Assembly (NCBI GenBank): GCA_002938205.1 | Contig: PTKZ01000001.1 | Span: 9,354-73,353, forward strand | Length of the DNA: 64,000 nt | Source of the DNA: Alphaproteobacteria bacterium MarineAlpha5_Bin5 | GTDB lineage: Bacteria; Pseudomonadota; Alphaproteobacteria; HIMB59; GCA-002718135 | Reading direction: 5' to 3' | Part shown: piece after piece, positions 59,371 through 64,000 of the stretch | Layout: each line of letters opens with the position of its first letter | How positions within the stretch are numbered: position 1 is the stretch's first letter | Translations under genes and position numbers: made by a program | Notes under the pieces: model-generated | Told to the model about the DNA's origin: nothing | The model's database searches: none | Seen by the model: the letters and a program-made list of their open reading frames with translations, nothing else

Positions 59371-61090
59371 TTTTAGCAAGAATTTTTCTTTGAATAACCC
59401 ATTGCTGAGCAATTGATAATATGTTGTTAACTGACCAGTATAAAACTAGACCTGCGGCAAATCCAGCTAAAACAAAAGTAAATACAAAAGGAAGGAGAGC
59501 AAATATTTTAGCTTGAGTTGGATCAGCTGGGGCCGGATTTAGTTTTTGTTGAAGCCACATAGTAAATCCCATAAATATTGGTAGTATGCCGATATTAATT
59601 ATTGATAAAATTGCAGGTACATCCCATTTCACAATTCCAAAGAGTGTCATAATTCCTAATGGATCTGGTGCTGATAAATCATGAATCCATCCATAAAATG
59701 GTGCATGATACATTTCAATAGTTACAAAAAGTACTTTGTACAATGAAAAGAAGATCGGTATTTGGACCAATATAGGCAAACATCCTGCAACTGGATTAGC
59801 TCCCTCACGTTTGTATAAGGCCATTAATTCTTGTTGCATTTTTTGACGATCATTAGGATAGGTTTCTTTTAATCTTTGCATTTCCGGTTGCAGTTTCTTC
59901 ATCTTTGCCATTGATTTAAATGAAGCTTGCGCAAGAGGGAAAAGTATAAGGCGCATCAATATTGTAAATGCGATAATAGCTAAACCGAAATTACCTACAT
60001 AACTATAAAACCAATTTATTGCATATGAAATTGGTTTTGTAAGAAAACTAAACCAACCCCAATCAATAGCATCTGTGAAACGTGGTATTGATAAATTTTC
60101 TGAATATTTTTTTAAAATATCTAAATTTTTTGCTCCTGCAAATAATTTACCTTTGTAAATAATTGATTCACCCTTATTAATTTTAAATATTTGACCTACA
60201 TAGCCCGCACGATAGTTATCCCTTCCGTTATTTCCATGTCGATAATTGACATTTATTGGTTGATCTGGATCAGGTATTAATACTGACATCCAATATTTAT
60301 CAGTAAAACCTAACCAGCCACCTTGACCTTTTATATTACAATAAGAATCTTTTACTTGTAATGAACTTGAGCAATCATCAACTAAATCATCATATTGTTT
60401 TTCTAAAAGCTCATCATTTAAAAGACTGATTAATCCTTCATGTAAAATAAAAAAATTAATTGTTTTGGGTGTATTTATTCTTTTAATAAGTCTGTATGGA
60501 TAAACCTCTATATTTGAATTACTATTATTTACAATTTCTTGATTTATTGAAAACATGTAATCTTTATCAATACTAAAGTTTAATAAAAATGTTATATTGC
60601 TATCATTCGTCCATTGCAATGTAACAGGATTACTTGGAGTCAATGTTGATGAATTTGTTGACCATTTTGTATTTAGGTCTGGAAATTTAATATTATTTCC
60701 TTCAATTTCTTTCCATCCGAATTCTATATAGTAGGGATTTGAAGTACCATCAGGTAATAAAAGTTCTATATTATTAGAATTTTCCTCTAAACTAATTTTA
60801 TATTTTGATAGATTTAGATTATCTAAAACAGCACCCGTTAAATTTATAGATCCTGTTAATGATGGATTTTCAATTGTAATTCTTTCGCTTTTTGTGAGTA
60901 CTTCTTCTTTAGGTTTTATCACTTCTAAATTTGAAGCTTTATTTCCATCTATAGAAGTTGCAGGAGCAAGAATTTCTTTATCCAAATCTTGAGTTCTTTC
61001 TATTGGTTGTGTAGGGAATAGTACTTGAAAAAATACAATTATTACTATGGAAATTCCTATAGCTAAAAATAAATTTTTTTGCTCATTCAT
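59363..61090 (-). CDS. yidC: Membrane protein insertase YidC
   Basis: DWGWF, GNFG.AII, GCLP, GLVLYW..NN. Confidence 0.96.
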   Translation of the reverse strand: MNEQKNLFLAIGISIVIIVFFQVLFPTQPIERTQDLDKEILAPATSIDGNKASNLEVIKPKEEVLTKSERITIENPSLTGSINLTGAVLDNLNLSKYKISLEENSNNIELLLPDGTSNPYYIEFGWKEIEGNNIKFPDLNTKWSTNSSTLTPSNPVTLQWTNDSNITFLLNFSIDKDYMFSINQEIVNNSNSNIEVYPYRLIKRINTPKTINFFILHEGLISLLNDELLEKQYDDLVDDCSSSLQVKDSYCNIKGQGGWLGFTDKYWMSVLIPDPDQPINVNYRHGNNGRDNYRAGYVGQIFKINKGESIIYKGKLFAGAKNLDILKKYSENLSIPRFTDAIDWGWFSFLTKPISYAINWFYSYVGNFGLAIIAFTILMRLILFPLAQASFKSMAKMKKLQPEMQRLKETYPNDRQKMQQELMALYKREGANPVAGCLPILVQIPIFFSLYKVLFVTIEMYHAPFYGWIHDLSAPDPLGIMTLFGIVKWDVPAILSIINIGILPIFMGFTMWLQQKLNPAPADPTQAKIFALLPFVFTFVLAGFAAGLVLYWSVNNILSIAQQWVIQRKILAKNE

Positions 61091-61340
61091 TTTTATTTTT
61101 TCCGTATTTTAAAGATATTGGATCATAACCATGTCCTCCCCATGGATGACATTTTAATATTCTTTTTATAGAAAAATAAAATCCTTTTAGTAAACCAAAT
61201 CTTTTGATTGACTCAATTGCGTATTCTGAACAAGTTGGTAGATAACGACAATTAGAGCCTAATAAAGGCGAAATAATTAGCTGATAAAATTTAATGAAAA
61301 TTATGAATGGAAGTGCAATAAATTTATTTATCATTAACAT
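61083..61340 (-). CDS. yidD: Membrane protein insertion efficiency factor YidD
   Basis: CRYLPTCSEY, RILKCHPW...GYDP. Confidence 0.95.
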   Translation of the reverse strand: MLMINKFIALPFIIFIKFYQLIISPLLGSNCRYLPTCSEYAIESIKRFGLLKGFYFSIKRILKCHPWGGHGYDPISLKYGKNKNE

Positions 61341-61656
61341 ACCTTTCTAACTCTAATAATAAATTATCAAATTTAGTCTCTAAAATTGAAGATTTTGCTA
61401 TTAGCACATAATAAGAATTTATTTTACCATTATTAAGAATTTTTTTTGCCAGTTCTCTCATAATTCTTTTTGCTTTATTACGTTTAACAGCATTACCAAT
61501 TTTTTTAGTAGCTGTGTAGCCTACACCTATGTCACCATTAAGATTTTGTTTATGCAATATTTGAAGATTGAAATTCTTTCCTCTAACAAATAAACCATTC
61601 TCACGTACAAATACAAAGGTACTTCTTTTTGTTATTGTAAAAATATTATGGGCCAT
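61324..61656 (-). CDS. rnpA: Ribonuclease P protein component
   Basis: KKIGNAVKRNKAKR RNR-type motif; rpmH-rnpA-yidD-yidC order. Confidence 0.93.
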   Translation of the reverse strand: MAHNIFTITKRSTFVFVRENGLFVRGKNFNLQILHKQNLNGDIGVGYTATKKIGNAVKRNKAKRIMRELAKKILNNGKINSYYVLIAKSSILETKFDNLLLELERYVNDK

Positions 61657-61665
61657 ATGGCCTTA

Positions 61666-61800
61666 TTAAGCGCTTAATTGAGCTCTTCCTTTAGCACGAC
61701 GTCGATTGATGATATGACGACCAGCTTTAGTTGCCATTCTAGCCCTAAATCCATGCCTTCGTTTTCTAATCAACTTACTTGGTTGGTATGTTCTTTTCAT
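61666..61800 (-). CDS. rpmH: 50S ribosomal protein L34
   Basis: Not in the ORF track; hand translation [44 protein letters not shown]. Confidence 0.97.
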   Translation of the reverse strand: MKRTYQPSKLIRKRRHGFRARMATKAGRHIINRRRAKGRAQLSA

Positions 61801-61816
61801 AGTTAATTTTTTTGCC

Positions 61817-61845
61817 CTATTACGAACTGATTATAAATAAGTCAA
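61817..61845 (-). promoter_or_regulatory. Putative sigma70 promoter of the rpmH operon
   Basis: TTGACT-17 nt-TAATAG on the minus strand. Confidence 0.4.
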
Positions 61846-62016
61846 TCAGTTACTAATAAAAATATGAAAATAATAATAAATAAACAATAATTAATATGAA
61901 TTTCTAGGCAGTATAAGGAAAATTAAATATATGGATTAATAAATGGAATCTACCCTAATAAATTTTTATGAACTTTTAATCTTTAGAATTTAGTAAAAGC
62001 AATGGATTTATATTGG

Positions 62017-62622
62017 CTAAGGTATTAACCAATTAAAACTAATTTTATTTTTTTTAATATTAATTTTTAATCTTCTATGTCCTGATGCTGCCAAATATAG
62101 CCATTCAATTGTTTTAATATTATTTTGAACAACAGTAAAATTATTAAAACCTTTTTCACTTTCATCCTTACAAGGATCTACACCTTTTAAATGTACAGGC
62201 AAACTATCCTTAGGAAATTCCGAAAGAGAACTTGGTGGATTTATAGCTAAATAGCATTTACGACTTGATAATGAAGTTTTCGCCCAAATTTTTTTTGTAA
62301 CTTCATTTTGATTATTTATTTTTGTAATTGTTTGAATTTTTAATTGTATTTTTAACTTTGGATCATAAAAAACAAAACAAGTATTATTATTATATTGAAT
62401 TTCTTTAATTTTAGGTGAACGAAAATCAGTATGAAAATTAATTATTAAATTTATATCATCAAAATTTCGAAGTACTACTATTCTTGAATTTGGAATATTT
62501 TCTATATTGTTGCTTGTAAAAATAGGAGTATGAAATGGATGACTTCTATCTTTTACACCTAAAACTAACAATTCTTTTATATTATCAAAAATTAATTTAG
62601 GATTTTCATTAAGAAAGGTCAT
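62017..62622 (-). CDS. Pyridoxamine 5'-phosphate oxidase-like FMN-binding protein
   Basis: RIVVLR, FHTDFRSPK, FYD, WLYL...GHRR, WLIP. Confidence 0.85.
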   Translation of the reverse strand: MTFLNENPKLIFDNIKELLVLGVKDRSHPFHTPIFTSNNIENIPNSRIVVLRNFDDINLIINFHTDFRSPKIKEIQYNNNTCFVFYDPKLKIQLKIQTITKINNQNEVTKKIWAKTSLSSRKCYLAINPPSSLSEFPKDSLPVHLKGVDPCKDESEKGFNNFTVVQNNIKTIEWLYLAASGHRRLKINIKKNKISFNWLIP

Positions 62623-62664
62623 ATATTAATACAACTATATAGCTTAAAAATTATTTAATAAAAA

Positions 62665-63459
62665 ATGTTTAGTTATTCAATAAATAAACTTTTAAATAAA
62701 TCTTCAATCAAATTTTTATTTGATATTTTTGAAAGAGACCAAAAAGAGATAAAGTTAGTTGGAGGATGTGTAAGGGATGCAATCTTATCAAGAGAAACAA
62801 AAGATTTAGATATAGCGGCAAGATGTGAGCCAAATGAAATAATTGCAGTTTTAAATAAACATGAGATTGAATTTGAGGATTATGCTTATCAATATGGATC
62901 AATTATTGTTTATATAGAGGATGAAAAAATTCAAATTACCTCTTTGCGTGAAGATATTAATCAAGTTGGTCGTCATACAAATATAATTTACACAAATAAT
63001 TGGAAAAAAGATTCTTTACGTAGGGATTTTACTATGAACGCTCTATATTTATCTGCAGAAGGAGATATTGAAGATTATTATAATGGACAACAAGATATAG
63101 AGGAAAAAAGAATAAGTTTCATAGGAAATATTGAAGAAAGTCTGCAAGAAGATTATTTGCGTATTTATAGGTATTTTAGATTCTTAGGACTTTTTGATGA
63201 ATTAAATATTTTAAATGAATATGAAAAAATTCTTAATGAGCATACTCTTCATTCATTTAATTATTTATCAAATGAAATTATTAGACAGGAAATTTTAAAA
63301 ATGTTTAATATGCCTTATCCCTTAAATTGCTTTTACCAATCCCATCAAACACAACTAAAATTTAAGTGGATAGAAATTGTAAAAGAACATTTTATAAAAA
63401 CTAATTACGAACTAGGTCTTAATAAGTGTCTTAATAAAATTGATAATATAATAAATTAA
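62665..63459 (+). CDS. Short class II tRNA nucleotidyltransferase (CCA-adding/poly(A) polymerase family)
   Basis: VGGCVRD...DLDIA, RRDFTMNAL, EDYLRIYRYFRF. Confidence 0.85.
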   Translation: MFSYSINKLLNKSSIKFLFDIFERDQKEIKLVGGCVRDAILSRETKDLDIAARCEPNEIIAVLNKHEIEFEDYAYQYGSIIVYIEDEKIQITSLREDINQVGRHTNIIYTNNWKKDSLRRDFTMNALYLSAEGDIEDYYNGQQDIEEKRISFIGNIEESLQEDYLRIYRYFRFLGLFDELNILNEYEKILNEHTLHSFNYLSNEIIRQEILKMFNMPYPLNCFYQSHQTQLKFKWIEIVKEHFIKTNYELGLNKCLNKIDNIIN

Positions 63460-63476
63460 AAAAATAATTATATATT

Positions 63477-63929
63477 TCATAATTGATTTGTTTGTCGAAG
63501 CCCTTCACCCAATACTAAAGCAACTGAACTACTGAGATTGATTGATCTAACACCGTCTTGCATAGGAATTGTTAAACGATGATCAACTATCTTATGAATA
63601 TTATCTGGAACACCAGCACTTTCTCTTCCAAATAATAAAATATCAGAAGGATGAAATTTGAATTTGTACAGACTTTCCTTACTTTTAGTAGTCATTAAAA
63701 TTAATCGAAACTTCTTCTCTTTCACCCACTCATAAAAATGCTGCCAATCATCATGTCTTTTATATATAAGGTGATCGATATAATCCATAGCACTCCTTCT
63801 AAATTTTTTATCATCAAAAACAAAGCCTGTCGGCTCAATAATATCTACTGCAACACCCATACATGCACCCAGACGGAAAATGTTGCCTGTATTTTGTGGG
63901 ATGTCTGGTTCAAAAAGAGCTATTCTCAT
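63477..63929 (-). CDS. trmL: tRNA (cytidine/uridine(34)-2'-O)-methyltransferase
   Basis: PDIPQNTGN, MDY, FGRESAG, RSINLS. Confidence 0.93.
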   Translation of the reverse strand: MRIALFEPDIPQNTGNIFRLGACMGVAVDIIEPTGFVFDDKKFRRSAMDYIDHLIYKRHDDWQHFYEWVKEKKFRLILMTTKSKESLYKFKFHPSDILLFGRESAGVPDNIHKIVDHRLTIPMQDGVRSINLSSSVALVLGEGLRQTNQL

Positions 63930-64000
63930 CTATAGATGGTCTATATCATTTTTCCAGCTTGCGTCACGCTGGCACAATATAAATAGGTATTTTTTTTCAA

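Noticed and set aside
61651-61662. Palindrome GGCCATATGGCC over the rnpA start
   Set aside because: The stem is only about 4 bp and there is no other support for a regulatory role.
1-64000. CRISPR array, rRNA, intact tRNA, integrase/transposase or prophage
   Set aside because: No regularly spaced repeats, full cloverleaf or mobile-element ORFs were seen by eye; the phage-like signal is limited to inserts within PilY1.

Overview
Very AT-rich, gene-dense bacterial DNA. Gene order and pilin style suggest a streamlined marine alphaproteobacterium (SAR11/Pelagibacterales-like; inferred, not searched). (1) 1-~20.7 kb is a type IVa pilus locus: pilP-like, pilO, a fused pilM-pilN, pilT, fimT/pilV/pilW/pilX, a mosaic 1507-aa PilY1, pilD and two pilins. 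Interleaved with it are two bactofilins and a complete partner-switching module: an ammonium transporter (Amt)-PP2C/SpoIIE fusion immediately upstream of pilD on the same strand, a second membrane PP2C, a STAS anti-anti-sigma and an RsbW-like kinase. This candidate ammonium-sensing pilus control system is the top finding. (2) ~20.7-24.1 kb is a zone of small genes and debris ending in tRNA-Ser 3'-end remnants, a probable island border. (3) 24.1-43 kb is mostly core genes: yejABEF, hisN, cytochrome c, kdsB, pheA, SRP RNA, dnaX-ybaB-recR-def-fmt-truA, aminopeptidase P. (4) 43.3-53.1 kb is a catabolic/sugar-ABC cassette of unknown substrate, bracketed by a duplicated 5' end of a GT4 glycosyltransferase gene. 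(5) 53-64 kb is core again: dapE, dapD, argB, engB, yidC, yidD, rnpA, rpmH, CCA-type nucleotidyltransferase, trmL. All calls come from reading motifs by eye; no database searches were run.
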